DNA of 64,000 nt from a virus, in the IMG/VR virus record IMGVR_UViG_3300043675_000007, positions 4,556 through 68,555 of that record; one strand, written 5' to 3'. The position numbers were made by a program, and so were the translations under genes. This document shows positions 18,583 to 28,117 of the stretch, in pieces (positions within the stretch are counted from its first letter, which is position 1; each line of letters starts with the position of its first letter). The notes below the pieces were generated by a model. That model searched no databases, was not told where the DNA came from, and worked only from the letters and a program-made list of their open reading frames with translations.

Positions 18583-19185
18583 CTAGTACACAACGCCGTA
18601 GCCAGCGACCGCATTCTTGTAATGCAGGAAGATCGAGACTATGGCTCGGGCGAACTGCCCGTAATTGTTGTTGGTCAGGAGTCGCAGTGACTGAACCTGC
18701 AACTGTTGATTGACGGCCGAGGCCGACAGGGTGGTCTGGTCGATCATGTCGGCGCTTTGCCCCAAGGGGTTACCGACACCGATCACCACGTTGGCGGTGT
18801 TGCCGATGTTGGTGGCCAGGAGCCCTGAGCCCGACACCTGTGCATCGAACAGCAGTTCCGGGTCATCGAACACGGAGGCTTCCGGTACCGATCCTGTCTG
18901 TACCGTCTGGCCCGACGTCCATTTGGGTAAGAACTGGGTGGTGCCGGTCGAGTCGACGAAGTTCACACCGTGGAAGGTGCCGATCGAGGGGTTCGCGCCG
19001 GCCGCGACCACATCGATGTTGTTGCCCGTGCCAGTGGGCTTGACGAGGGAGCCGCGGAAGATGTTGGAAGCCAACGCTCCCGCGATCGCATAGTCGGCCG
19101 AATTACTCGGCCGCATCACGCCCCCCGCGGAATGCTTCACTGGCGTGAAGCCCGACGGGGCGTTGATGTTTGCAGGGTTTGCCAT
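18583..19185 (-). CDS. capsid cement/minor head protein
   Basis: MAN..APSGFTPV...NIFRG..V...V.DDP motifs. Directly upstream of the major capsid gene. Confidence 0.65.
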   Translation of the reverse strand: MANPANINAPSGFTPVKHSAGGVMRPSNSADYAIAGALASNIFRGSLVKPTGTGNNIDVVAAGANPSIGTFHGVNFVDSTGTTQFLPKWTSGQTVQTGSVPEASVFDDPELLFDAQVSGSGLLATNIGNTANVVIGVGNPLGQSADMIDQTTLSASAVNQQLQVQSLRLLTNNNYGQFARAIVSIFLHYKNAVAGYGVVY

Positions 19186-19214
19186 GTTTTGGTCCTTTCG
19201 GGGGGATTGAAGGT

Positions 19215-19874
19215 TTAATCAGCCTCAGCCGCTTCCGTCCGGGCTGGTTTGCGTGCGCGCATCCGTGCGAAATCAACGCTTACCTCGTTGCGATCCTCGA
19301 CCAACGGCATCTGCGGGGTGGCCTCTGCCAGTCCCGGCTTTCTGCGCGTCACGGCCTTGGTGGCCACGTCGCGATTCTTGTTGTAGTACTGGTCTCGCTG
19401 CGCCTTCATATGCTCGGGCATCTTCATCAGCACAGTGGTCTCATCACCGATCACATCACCGTGCTTCGCCAAGCGGCCAGTGAAGGACTCCGTGGGCAAA
19501 TCTTCCTCGTCGATCTCTTCGGGCTTGACGAACATCCAGCCTTCGCGCAAGGAGGCGAGCAGGTTGGCATCGTCCCCGTGGCGGCGGCGGTGGCGGGCAA
19601 CCCAGCAGAGCACATAACCCGGAGGGTCGGGGAAGGAGGGCAGGGAGTAGGCACGGCGCCAATTGCGCTGGTCATCCCGGTCAACGGCGGTCGCGGCGCT
19701 CGCATCCTGTTTCAAGGAGCGGCCTTGCGTGCGATCGACACCATGGACGTTGTTGGTCTTGGCGCGCTTCTGCGCCCGCTGCTTGGCGATCGCTGGGGCT
19801 TTCGCCGCTCGAGAGATGGCCTGCGCCTTAAGTTCCGTGGCGGACGGGCCGCCGATTTCGATAGTGCTGCTCAT
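19215..19874 (-). CDS. conserved head-module protein
   Basis: PPGYVLCWV...LREGW.FV...VLMKMP...RDQYY pattern. Lies between the scaffold-like gene and the capsid genes. Confidence 0.6.
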   Translation of the reverse strand: MSSTIEIGGPSATELKAQAISRAAKAPAIAKQRAQKRAKTNNVHGVDRTQGRSLKQDASAATAVDRDDQRNWRRAYSLPSFPDPPGYVLCWVARHRRRHGDDANLLASLREGWMFVKPEEIDEEDLPTESFTGRLAKHGDVIGDETTVLMKMPEHMKAQRDQYYNKNRDVATKAVTRRKPGLAEATPQMPLVEDRNEVSVDFARMRARKPARTEAAEAD

Positions 19875-20920
19875 CGGGATGATTGCTCCATGGAGACGGC
19901 TTCGCGAAGGAATTGGATGACGTCCCGATCGTTGTCGGGGCTCATGCCCACACTGCGCATGGTCTTGATTTCTTCCGTGGTCAAGGTGCGCCGATTGCCT
20001 TGGGCGATGCGCCCGTTACCGGCGCCGCGGTCAGTGACGCGCATCGCGGGAGCTCGACCCCGCTCGTTTCGCGTGTCGCGATCGCGCCCCTCGTCATCGT
20101 CATCATCGTCACCCTCGCCAGGGCCATCATCGATCTCGTTGCCGCGCGCCTGCTTGCCCTTGCCCGTCATTACGGGCAGATCAGGGAACTTGGCTTTCAG
20201 TAGCTTCGCCACTTCCTTGAAGGTCTCGTCGGAATTGGCATCGAACCCATCCTCGTTCAGGAGTTTGAGGAAAATGGTCGACGCGGCCGCCTTCTCAATC
20301 TCGTGCTCGGGGTCTTCCCACCAATCCTCATTCGCGAGGATGAAACGGCTTCCGGCAGGGGTCGGGCCCTTCACCGGCGCCGCCTGGCGCGGCTGTTGGG
20401 TGCCGCCGCCTGGCTGATCCCCGCCGGCGTCGCGCCGTACCTGGGTGCCGGTCAATTTCGCGTGATACTCCCCATCCGCCTTGATCATCTTCGCCGTGAT
20501 CTTGGCCACGGCCGCGGAGTCGCCTTTCTCATTGGCTTCGGTGAGTTCCGCCTCGAGCGCGGCCATCGCCTTCTCGTGGGCGTCCTTCAAGGCACTCGCC
20601 CCCCCACGCTCTACATCGACGCCACCTTCGTACTGCTTGCGCAGGTCCGCGATCTCGCGCTGGTGTTGCGCCTGGCTGTCGGCGAGCTTCTGGTCAAACT
20701 GTTTGGTTAAGGAGCGCTGCATGCGCGTCATGCGCTTGAACAGTTCCTCTTCGGTCTTGGAGCGTTTGCCGCCGCGAGCGCGGTCATCATCGTCCCGTAC
20801 CTGAGAAGCAATGTCGGAGCGTGGTGCCCGGCGTGCCACCGCTTTACCGGCGTCCGCCTCGCTTAAGTCGACACTGATTTCCCTCTCAGGAGCTGATCGC
20901 GCCTGGCTTTCGTTGGCCAT
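19871..20920 (-). CDS. putative scaffolding protein
   Basis: 349 aa charged coiled-coil protein with a C-terminal TLT.EE...MG helix. Position upstream of the capsid genes. Confidence 0.6.
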   Translation of the reverse strand: MANESQARSAPEREISVDLSEADAGKAVARRAPRSDIASQVRDDDDRARGGKRSKTEEELFKRMTRMQRSLTKQFDQKLADSQAQHQREIADLRKQYEGGVDVERGGASALKDAHEKAMAALEAELTEANEKGDSAAVAKITAKMIKADGEYHAKLTGTQVRRDAGGDQPGGGTQQPRQAAPVKGPTPAGSRFILANEDWWEDPEHEIEKAAASTIFLKLLNEDGFDANSDETFKEVAKLLKAKFPDLPVMTGKGKQARGNEIDDGPGEGDDDDDDEGRDRDTRNERGRAPAMRVTDRGAGNGRIAQGNRRTLTTEEIKTMRSVGMSPDNDRDVIQFLREAVSMEQSSR

Positions 20921-21007
20921 TGAAGATACCTCGGTGGATTGACCCCCGAGAATCTATGCGTGTTGGAACTGCTTAAACATGCCAGCAACTGGCAAACGAG
21001 GCGGCTT

Positions 21008-21508
21008 TTACGGGGCTACTTGCTCTGTGCCGATGGTGAAGCCGGCGGTGGCCACAATCAAAAGCGCCGCATTGGGCGTGATCTCGTGCGCGGGGATGGG
21101 CAGCGGGAAGGGCACGACCTTGATGTGCTGCAGGGCATTGATGGCGAGCGCCGAGCAGTCGTACGTGCCGCTCTTGTGCATCATCCGATCGATGATCATG
21201 CCGACGATGTCGCGCTCCGCATAGGCATCGCCGATCTTAGCGCGCAGGTTCGCTTCCCAATCTTCGTACTCCCCTTCAGTCACCTCGAGGGTGGCGCGGC
21301 GCTTCTTGATCCAGGCTTCGCTTTCGGGGTGGCGGATGTGGATGCCGCTGGGGACGCCGCAGAGCACATCATCGCGGGCATCGAGGTAGCGCCCGTCCTT
21401 GAGCACGCTCGCGCAGTGGGAGTAGCCCTTTGGCCCCTGGCCGAACCAGGAGATCAGGCTCGAAGAGCGATCCGGTCCCATCAGGAAGTCGATGGCGAGT
21501 TGAGCCAT
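21008..21508 (-). CDS. permuted papain-like NlpC/P60 (YaeF/YiiX-like) protein
   Basis: YSHC near the N-terminus, then KIGDAY and YDCSAL. His-before-Cys order of the permuted fold. Confidence 0.65.
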   Translation of the reverse strand: MAQLAIDFLMGPDRSSSLISWFGQGPKGYSHCASVLKDGRYLDARDDVLCGVPSGIHIRHPESEAWIKKRRATLEVTEGEYEDWEANLRAKIGDAYAERDIVGMIIDRMMHKSGTYDCSALAINALQHIKVVPFPLPIPAHEITPNAALLIVATAGFTIGTEQVAP

Positions 21509-21510
21509 TG

Positions 21511-21815
21511 TCAGCCTCCGTGTCCGATCTGCTTCTCGAGCGCCTCGGTCTTCGCTGCCTGCCCTTTCTGGTAGGGCATCCACTCCGCGTAAACGTAGGT
21601 GGTCGAAAGCGCTGCTGGTGGTTTCTCTGAAACAAAGGCACGTTCTGGAGCGCGAAAGGCTTGCCGGTGTGATCCAAACCTCCGACATTGAGATACCAGT
21701 TGCCGCGGCCCGGATAGGATTCCCAGCACCAGGCCACGGTCGCCGCTTCCGGATGACCCCAGTTCGGGTCGCGGTTGCGGATCCAGACCACTCGCCCGAC
21801 GGTTGGTTCGATCAT
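21511..21815 (-). pseudogene. conserved small phage protein split by a 1-nt frameshift
   Basis: MIEPTVGRVVW...NVPLFQ is in one frame and AEWMPYQKGQAAK is in the -1 frame. The span is 305 nt (3n-1). Confidence 0.55.
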
Positions 21816-22264
21816 ACGTAGAACTTCCAGGCGTTCGGATCGCTCGTCTCGCCGAGCAAGTCCGTGACCTTCATCACGATGATGCGCTGGTTGGTCTTGC
21901 GCAGGTAGAGCGACATACCGGTGTGCAGCTGGTAGAGCACGTGCAGGCCGATCAGCTGCTGCGGGGTCTGGACGCTCGGAAGGAAGTTGCAGAGCTCGAT
22001 GCCACTCGTGGTCCTGCCCTCCATGCACGCAGGTCCCACCTTCAACACGCGCCCGCACGTCACCTGAAAGGCATCCGCTTCTTGGGAGATGGCCGCGAGC
22101 ACGATGCCGCCCTCGGTCTCTTCCTTCGACTCGATGGGCTCAACCACGATGTTCCACAGGCCGGGGTTGAACGGGAAGCCCTCCTTGAGCAGGTCGGGCT
22201 TGACCACCTTGGCCCGCAGCGCTTCGCGCGCCGCCCGGTCGATCATCAACGTATCGGTGGCCAC
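21812..22264 (-). CDS. groES: co-chaperonin GroES-like protein
   Basis: NIVVEPIESKEETEGGIVL...GRVLKVGP.C matches the Cpn10 pattern. Probable GTG start next to the upstream stop. Confidence 0.75.
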   Translation of the reverse strand: MATDTLMIDRAAREALRAKVVKPDLLKEGFPFNPGLWNIVVEPIESKEETEGGIVLAAISQEADAFQVTCGRVLKVGPACMEGRTTSGIELCNFLPSVQTPQQLIGLHVLYQLHTGMSLYLRKTNQRIIVMKVTDLLGETSDPNAWKFYV

Positions 22265-22265
22265 C

Positions 22266-22493
22266 TTACTTGCGTGGCCCTGGCTTCGCGTCTGCTGCAT
22301 CCTCATCTCCACTGTTGATTGACTTGATCTGATCGCTGATCTTCTCGATGGTCCACTCGTAGGCCCTGCACTGGCCGACATAGCGGTGGTACTCGTCGTG
22401 ATCCTTGATGCCCCCGGCAATCTTTTCTTTCAGTTCCTCGCGCTTGAGGTGGAGCATCTGGCGAAGGCTCGATAGGTATTCATAGCCCTCCAT
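22266..22493 (-). CDS. small coiled-coil head-module protein
   Basis: GGIKDHDEYHRYVG motif. This gene type typically precedes the GroES-like gene in this kind of phage. Confidence 0.6.
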   Translation of the reverse strand: MEGYEYLSSLRQMLHLKREELKEKIAGGIKDHDEYHRYVGQCRAYEWTIEKISDQIKSINSGDEDAADAKPGPRK

Positions 22494-23002
22494 CAGCCCA
22501 ACTTCCCGGGGAGCTCGGCCGAGACGTTCTTGACGCTCTCGCTCAACTTCACCCAAAAGGCGGTTGGCAAACTCGGTGAGGTTCCCAAGCGCAAACGGAC
22601 CTTGTGGCGCGGTTTTTTGCCTCCCAGCAGCTTTCTAACCTGCTCCACCGTGAATTCTGGACGTTTGCGCCACCATAGATACCCAATCTCGCAAGTGCCG
22701 TTAAGTTCGGCGTGCACGGCATCGACAATGGTCTGGGCGCGGCTCTGCACGTCCTCGACGCTGTCCCCGATCATGCCGAAGTTGTAATAGACCACCCGTT
22801 GAACTAAGCGCACTGCGCCGGGGGAGTGACCGGGCTCAATCTCGGCGTTGTCGTTCGCAAACCAATCGAGCGGGATCTCGAAGTATGACTGCGGTGGCCC
22901 CTCGAGCTCGTACACGTGCGGCTCGGTGCGCAGATCCACGTTGGGCAGCATGGCGGCGAGGTTCGCCGTGTTGATTTCCAGCGTCTCACCTTTCTCAGAC
23001 AT
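22493..23002 (-). CDS. hypothetical protein
   Basis: Coupled ORF in the late operon, containing YLWWRKRPEF. Confidence 0.5.
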   Translation of the reverse strand: MSEKGETLEINTANLAAMLPNVDLRTEPHVYELEGPPQSYFEIPLDWFANDNAEIEPGHSPGAVRLVQRVVYYNFGMIGDSVEDVQSRAQTIVDAVHAELNGTCEIGYLWWRKRPEFTVEQVRKLLGGKKPRHKVRLRLGTSPSLPTAFWVKLSESVKNVSAELPGKLG

Positions 23003-23516
23003 GTTTGCTGCCGGCCGGTGGTGAGCGCCATGAAGCTGCCTCGAGGCATGCGGCGCGATCGCCGATGGCGTACCGACGGTCAAAGTCCCCCACCTGCCAA
23101 TAGTGATACCAGGCGTAGCTCGCATTGCTCGGCCGATCGAACCGGCCGCAATAGCGCTGGCTGCCATCCTTGCCAGCGTCGTAGCCCAACAGGAATTCGC
23201 GCGAGACGCGGTGCCGGTCAGACTCTTGGCTGCGGAAAGCAGCTTCGAAGGCCTTGAACTGCTTGAGCAGCGAGACGGCCGTCTGGTCGATCACCTTGCC
23301 GCCATCGTCCACCCGCACCAGGTCGTGGATGTCCGGACGCAGGCCTGCGGTGTACGCCTTGTAGTACTCGAGCCAGTTGGCCACCTCTTCCTTGCTCGGC
23401 ACCCAGCGCGGCGGGGGCGGCGCCGGGACGATGTTCGCGTTGATCGCAAGCACGGGGAGCGCAGTCGCCGCGGCCAGGCTCATCGTCATTTGAATGAACT
23501 GACGGCGATTCATCAC
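22995..23516 (-). CDS. hypothetical protein with a twin-arginine (Tat)-like N-terminus
   Basis: NRRQFI followed by a hydrophobic stretch (MTMSLAAATALPVLA). Confidence 0.55.
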   Translation of the reverse strand: MMNRRQFIQMTMSLAAATALPVLAINANIVPAPPPPRWVPSKEEVANWLEYYKAYTAGLRPDIHDLVRVDDGGKVIDQTAVSLLKQFKAFEAAFRSQESDRHRVSREFLLGYDAGKDGSQRYCGRFDRPSNASYAWYHYWQVGDFDRRYAIGDRAACLEAASWRSPPAGSKHV

Positions 23517-23677
23517 GAGGGCTTCACCTTGTCCGGCAGTGTGGAAAGATCACGCTCCTTGTCCGCAGCCGCATAGTCCTCGCCTACTTTCTGCGGGATG
23601 CCGACCTTGGCCGCGAACTCAGGATTGTGTTTGACCGCCTCCATCAAGCGGTGCTGTTTCATGCTACGGCTTGGCAT
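23513..23677 (-). CDS. small conserved phage protein
   Basis: MPSRSMKQHRLMEAVKHNPEFAAKVGIPQKV, 54 aa, translated by hand. Resembles a recurrent small phage family. Confidence 0.6.
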   Translation of the reverse strand: MPSRSMKQHRLMEAVKHNPEFAAKVGIPQKVGEDYAAADKERDLSTLPDKVKPS

Positions 23678-23921
23678 TGGGAATGCCTCCCGCTACATCC
23701 TCACCTTCGCCCGGGCCCTCACCGGTGCGCCGCGTGCCTGGCGCTTGATTACCGATCTCTACGCCGGCGCCGGTGTTCGCACTCGCCTCGTCGTTTGAGA
23801 GCGGGTCGCGGTGGCCGACGGTGGGCCAGCGCCCCTCTTCCTGATCCTGATCGTCGTGACTGATAAGCGGGCCCAGCGTCGATGACTTGATCGGCGGCCG
23901 TTCTTTGTGACTTCGTCCCAT
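23664..23921 (-). CDS. hypothetical acidic low-complexity protein
   Basis: AGGAG upstream. Lies within the late operon. Confidence 0.4.
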   Translation of the reverse strand: MGRSHKERPPIKSSTLGPLISHDDQDQEEGRWPTVGHRDPLSNDEASANTGAGVEIGNQAPGTRRTGEGPGEGEDVAGGIPNAKP

Positions 23922-23978
23922 AAAGGTGCGGCTCCCGGTTGTAGGAGCCGCACTATATGTCAGCGACTGGCAAGCACG

Positions 23979-24467
23979 CTAGATGGTGTGGTGAGCCTTA
24001 GTCTCGCGCTCACCGTGGCCCATCGTGTTCTTGTGTGCCACTTCGCGCTCGCGGCCGATCGCCGCTTTTTCATTCGCTTCGCGCTCCGGCTCCATCGCCT
24101 CCTTACGATTCGCCCCTGCACTTGCGTTATCGGCAAAGCCTTCCGCGCTCGCGGTACTGACACCGCCGCCCTCACCCATCACGTGATCGGCATCGACATG
24201 CACGTGCTTGATGCCGCGGCCGCCGGACACTTCCTCGCGATCGCGCCCCATGTCGCTCTTCTGTTCGGACTGCGCTTTGCCTTCGGCCGCTTTCGCACGC
24301 GAGGGTGAGCGGGCCATCGAGGCGCCTTGCGTGTCCTCACCGCCGATCTTCTCGTCGTGCTCGCGGCTATCGTGCCCGGTCGCATGCTTTTCCTCTTCCT
24401 TGCGGGCGGCCCCTGGCGAGCGTGCGACGCCGGCGCCTGTCATCTTGCGTTCATCGCTGCGGTTCAT
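23979..24467 (-). CDS. hypothetical hydrophilic protein
   Basis: AGGAG RBS and ATGA coupling. Glu/His/Arg-rich. Confidence 0.5.
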   Translation of the reverse strand: MNRSDERKMTGAGVARSPGAARKEEEKHATGHDSREHDEKIGGEDTQGASMARSPSRAKAAEGKAQSEQKSDMGRDREEVSGGRGIKHVHVDADHVMGEGGGVSTASAEGFADNASAGANRKEAMEPEREANEKAAIGREREVAHKNTMGHGERETKAHHTI

Positions 24468-24733
24468 GTGTCATCTCCTGCTTCACCTGCGGATGCGCCC
24501 GGGCCCGCGGAGGGACCTGCGCCTGGGGGTGCCATTGCCATGGCGTTGTCTTGCGGCTGCGGGGGCGCGGCCATCTGCGGGGGTTGCGGTCCGCCGCCTG
24601 CAGCGCTCATCGGCTGGCCTTCAGCACGATTGGGCATGGCGTGCATGCGATTCAATCGGTGATGCGGTGTTCCCGGATCCGCACCGTGCGTCTCGCGGTG
24701 GGCTTTCTTCCCGTGTCTAGTCTTTGCGGTCAT
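24464..24733 (-). CDS. hypothetical protein
   Basis: Coupled ORF in the late operon. Confidence 0.4.
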   Translation of the reverse strand: MTAKTRHGKKAHRETHGADPGTPHHRLNRMHAMPNRAEGQPMSAAGGGPQPPQMAAPPQPQDNAMAMAPPGAGPSAGPGASAGEAGDDT

Positions 24734-25028
24734 GTGTGTTCCCGGCGCGGATGTGCTCGCGCAGTAGTGTCGCCAAAAGGATCAGATTCTCAACCGCCGC
24801 GGTCTCGGACTCTGGCGTTTGGCCGTGGAAATAGAAGTCGGCATCATCGAACCACTTTGAAGCGGATTGCAGGGAGTAGCGCACCTTAATCACATCGAGC
24901 GGGTTGGTGCACAGCATGATGGCACGGCCTTCCCCGTCCTTAGCGTTCGCAACGGCGATCGCAGCCGCCTCGAGCTCCGGGTTGTGCGTGATGTGGGGAA
25001 CTGGTCTTGCTTTCACGGTGCTACTCAT
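24717..25028 (-). CDS. hypothetical protein
   Basis: AGGAG upstream. Overlaps neighbouring genes in the operon. Confidence 0.45.
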   Translation of the reverse strand: MSSTVKARPVPHITHNPELEAAAIAVANAKDGEGRAIMLCTNPLDVIKVRYSLQSASKWFDDADFYFHGQTPESETAAVENLILLATLLREHIRAGNTHDRKD

Positions 25029-25245
25029 TCGCCATCTCCTGCTCGAGGGCCTGTTCTCGGTAGAACGATTGATTCTGGCCGCCAGCATAGAGGCGTGCCA
25101 ACACCGCGGCAACGCCGGAGAAGCCCATACCAAGTTCATCGGATGCGGCCGCGAAGTGCCGCGGGGAGATATCAGACGTGCCGGCCTTGAGCTTGGAGCG
25201 AAGAAACCCGCGCGCTGCGCGCACCTGCGGCGCCGGCATGCTCAT
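25021..25245 (-). CDS. hypothetical protein
   Basis: ATGA overlap with the portal stop codon. Confidence 0.45.
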   Translation of the reverse strand: MSMPAPQVRAARGFLRSKLKAGTSDISPRHFAAASDELGMGFSGVAAVLARLYAGGQNQSFYREQALEQEMANE

Positions 25246-28007
25246 TTGACCGAGCCTCCCATATGAGAATCGGCGTGCGCTTCCTCGATCGCAGCGAGCT
25301 TGTCCGCCTGGTCCATGGACTGCTGGTGCGTCTGATCCGACTGCTCCATCCCCGCGGCGTGGCTCTCGGCACCCTGTTCAAGGGAAGCGCCGTGCGCTTC
25401 GCTTCCCTGTTCGAGCGACTGGTCATGGGCTTCCTCGCCCTGCTCCAGCTGCTGGCCGTGCGCCTCGTCCCCGTGCTCGATCTGTTGCTCGTGGGTATCG
25501 TCCTTGTGCGCGAGCTCGAGTTGGTGCGCCTCGTGATCCTGCCGCAGGCCGTGCTCGTGCTCCTGCTCGCCTTGGACCAAGTCGGCAACATGGCTTCGCT
25601 CCCCGTGCTTGAGCTTCTGCTCCGCCGCGGCCGCATCGCGCATGTTCTTCGCAGCGCCGGTGTTGTTGAGGCGCGCCTCTTGGAAGTCGAGTGCCTGGTC
25701 TTTGCGCTTCTCTTCATTATCGAACGCTTCCTGCAGCCTGCGCTCCTTCGCCTGGAATTCCTGTTCGGTGGCATCGAGACGCGCATGCGCCTCGGCCTGG
25801 ATCATTTGGATCTTCGCATCGGACTCAGCCTTCTTCGCAGCCGCTGCGGCATCCGGGGTGCCGGGCTTCGGGGCTGGGTGGGGCAGCTGCGCGATGATGC
25901 CGGCGACGCGCGCGGTGATGGTCTGCTCGGTGTGCGGGTCCAATCCCACCGGCTCTCCATCCTGGTCAAACTTCGGTTGGATGCCCGCCGCGGCCATGAT
26001 CTGCTTCAAATAGCTCTTGGCCATGTGATCGCGGATGTGGGCCATCATCGCCGGCTGGATGACGTTGCTGAACACCTGGGGCGGGAATAACGCCTGTGCC
26101 CGACCGATCGCATCTTGGTGGATGGCCATGTGTGCCGCATCGTCCTGGTATGGGTACACGCGCACCGGCAGGCCCGCGAAGATGTTGGAATTCTCCGAGA
26201 CCGCGTCCAAGTACTGCGGGGTCTTGGCTTTCGGTCCAATCGCATCGACGTTCGGCACCTTCAAGGCCACCAACATGCGCCGGTGGGCTTCCGCCCGATG
26301 CTCCGGCGGATACAGGTCCGGGGCTTTCTCCTGGAGCTCGAGCACGGCCTGGGCGCGCATTACGCGCTGGGTATCGCTCGCCACCCCGGGATCGGTGACA
26401 CAGATGACATCGACGCCCGGGGCGAAGTCGGACTTGAGTAGGAATTGCTCTTCGTCGCCGATCTTGTAGTCGTAGCGCTCCGGCATGAAGTCTTCGATGA
26501 GCTCGCAGAGCATGGCGAGCTCTTGAGACATCGAGACGTGCAACCGTTTGTGAATCGCGCTGATCGGCTTTTGCGCCTGCTCGATCAGGGCGATAGTCGT
26601 GCCGACGGGGCCTGTGTTGTTCCCATCCCCTACCGCGCTGTCGGTGGTGCCGGCAAAGCGCTGGCCGCTCGTGACCAAGATATTGAGCAGCTGGAAGAGC
26701 GCGGGGCTCGGTTCCTTGAACGGCGGCGTGTAGAAGCTCTTGGCAAGGTCCTCCCCGGTGCTGTCGCATTGCTTCCATACGCCATGCTCGAGGCGAAATT
26801 CGCCCGCGATCTTCGCTTCCTTGCTGACAAAGCCGCCTTGAAAGTTCGCGGCAAGCGCCGAATCCAAGAGCGCATTGACCGCGCCAGAGGCGGCAAGACC
26901 GAGTGAGCCGATGACGTGGGGGTATCCCCATCCGTAGAAGCCCAGCCCGGGGAGGAACTGATGGTGCGCGAACCAGATGCGCTTTTTGCGCTCTTTATTG
27001 TCCGACTTGCGCCAGTTGCGCCGGACCATGAGCACCTGCTCGTTCGCCGCATCGATGATGACGATGTAGGGGCGCAGGCCCGTGTCGCCATCCTTGAGCT
27101 CGGCGCCGGCACCCTTCGCGTCCGCATCAATTTCCAAGTCGATGTGGTACTCGAGCATCGGGTAGAGGCGGTCTTTCTCGTGGTACGTCGGCTGGCGCAG
27201 GTCCGATTGATCGGAGGCCGGCGCGTGCATCGCGAGGCCTTGCGCAGGCTGCGGCAGGTAGATATCGAGGAACATGCCAATCAGCATGGCCCGGTCGATA
27301 TCCTCGCCCGTCATGGTGAACTTCCAGGCGTAGCGCGGCATGCTCTTGAGATCCGTGCCGGCATACGGGGCGATGAAGTTGGTCGCCTGCACGTAGCGCA
27401 GCACCGGCAGGCCGGTGGTGAAGTCCTGGCTTGCGCGCCGAAAGGCACTGCCGCCCATCGGCAGGTACATGCACATCTTGTCGGTGTCGTTGAAATAGCC
27501 GTCATCGACATCGGTCAGGTAGTGGTTCAAGAAGGTGCGTACGCGCTTGGCGCGCGCCATCTTTGATTGTGTCTGGGTGCCCAAGACCTTGGTCTCGGCC
27601 GGCCCTTGCGGCGGGAAGAGCTCCACGATCGCATTGGCTTGGAAGCGCACCGTCGCCTCCATGAGCATCGGGTGGGTCACATCGTGCCCGTCCTCCTGCT
27701 CATCATCACCGCCGGGCGGCGTGTCCTTGAGCCCCAGCATGGCCATCGCACACTTTTCCCGGTCCTCCCAGTCCTTGCGGCTGGTGATATCGACTTCGGA
27801 GAACTCCTTCAAGCGCATGGCGAGCAGTTTTCGATCGCTGCTGTTCATGTCCTCGGCTAGGTTTTCATCGAAGTCCCCGCTCTTTGGGATGCGGGCCGTG
27901 ACGATGCCCGGGCCCTCGACCGAGACGCTCCCGTCCTGGCCGCGGATGACTTTGCTATCGCCGAAGGCACTCACCCCTGGTTTGCTATCCGGGGTGGTGG
28001 TCGCCAT
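25242..28007 (-). CDS. portal protein with an extended coiled-coil C-terminus
   Basis: HPMLMEATVRFQA...ELFP..GP, FLPGLGFYGWG, PFKEPS..LFQLL and PVGTTIALIEQ...SAIHKRLH portal motifs. Confidence 0.88.
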   Translation of the reverse strand: MATTTPDSKPGVSAFGDSKVIRGQDGSVSVEGPGIVTARIPKSGDFDENLAEDMNSSDRKLLAMRLKEFSEVDITSRKDWEDREKCAMAMLGLKDTPPGGDDEQEDGHDVTHPMLMEATVRFQANAIVELFPPQGPAETKVLGTQTQSKMARAKRVRTFLNHYLTDVDDGYFNDTDKMCMYLPMGGSAFRRASQDFTTGLPVLRYVQATNFIAPYAGTDLKSMPRYAWKFTMTGEDIDRAMLIGMFLDIYLPQPAQGLAMHAPASDQSDLRQPTYHEKDRLYPMLEYHIDLEIDADAKGAGAELKDGDTGLRPYIVIIDAANEQVLMVRRNWRKSDNKERKKRIWFAHHQFLPGLGFYGWGYPHVIGSLGLAASGAVNALLDSALAANFQGGFVSKEAKIAGEFRLEHGVWKQCDSTGEDLAKSFYTPPFKEPSPALFQLLNILVTSGQRFAGTTDSAVGDGNNTGPVGTTIALIEQAQKPISAIHKRLHVSMSQELAMLCELIEDFMPERYDYKIGDEEQFLLKSDFAPGVDVICVTDPGVASDTQRVMRAQAVLELQEKAPDLYPPEHRAEAHRRMLVALKVPNVDAIGPKAKTPQYLDAVSENSNIFAGLPVRVYPYQDDAAHMAIHQDAIGRAQALFPPQVFSNVIQPAMMAHIRDHMAKSYLKQIMAAAGIQPKFDQDGEPVGLDPHTEQTITARVAGIIAQLPHPAPKPGTPDAAAAAKKAESDAKIQMIQAEAHARLDATEQEFQAKERRLQEAFDNEEKRKDQALDFQEARLNNTGAAKNMRDAAAAEQKLKHGERSHVADLVQGEQEHEHGLRQDHEAHQLELAHKDDTHEQQIEHGDEAHGQQLEQGEEAHDQSLEQGSEAHGASLEQGAESHAAGMEQSDQTHQQSMDQADKLAAIEEAHADSHMGGSVK
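25296..25592 (-). repeat. nine tandem 11-aa (33-nt) His-initiated repeats in the portal C-terminus
   Basis: HVADLVQGEQE HEHGLRQDHEA HQLELAHKDDT HEQQIEHGDEA HGQQLEQGEEA HDQSLEQGSEA HGASLEQGAES HAAGMEQSDQT HQQSMDQADKL. Confidence 0.8.
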
Positions 28008-28117
28008 TGATTCGTAGGCCAGGGGGGCGCGCTCCGTGAGGAATAGGGCGCCAAGGAGCGTACAGCGGCAGGAATTGGGCTTACATGCCAGCGGCTGGCA
28101 AGTGCCCTATATGTCGT

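Noticed and set aside
17626-20417. Long + strand ORFs antisense to capsid and scaffold genes (311 aa, 415 aa), and similar ones elsewhere
   Set aside because: Shadow ORFs expected from high-GC codon bias. No motifs or RBS.
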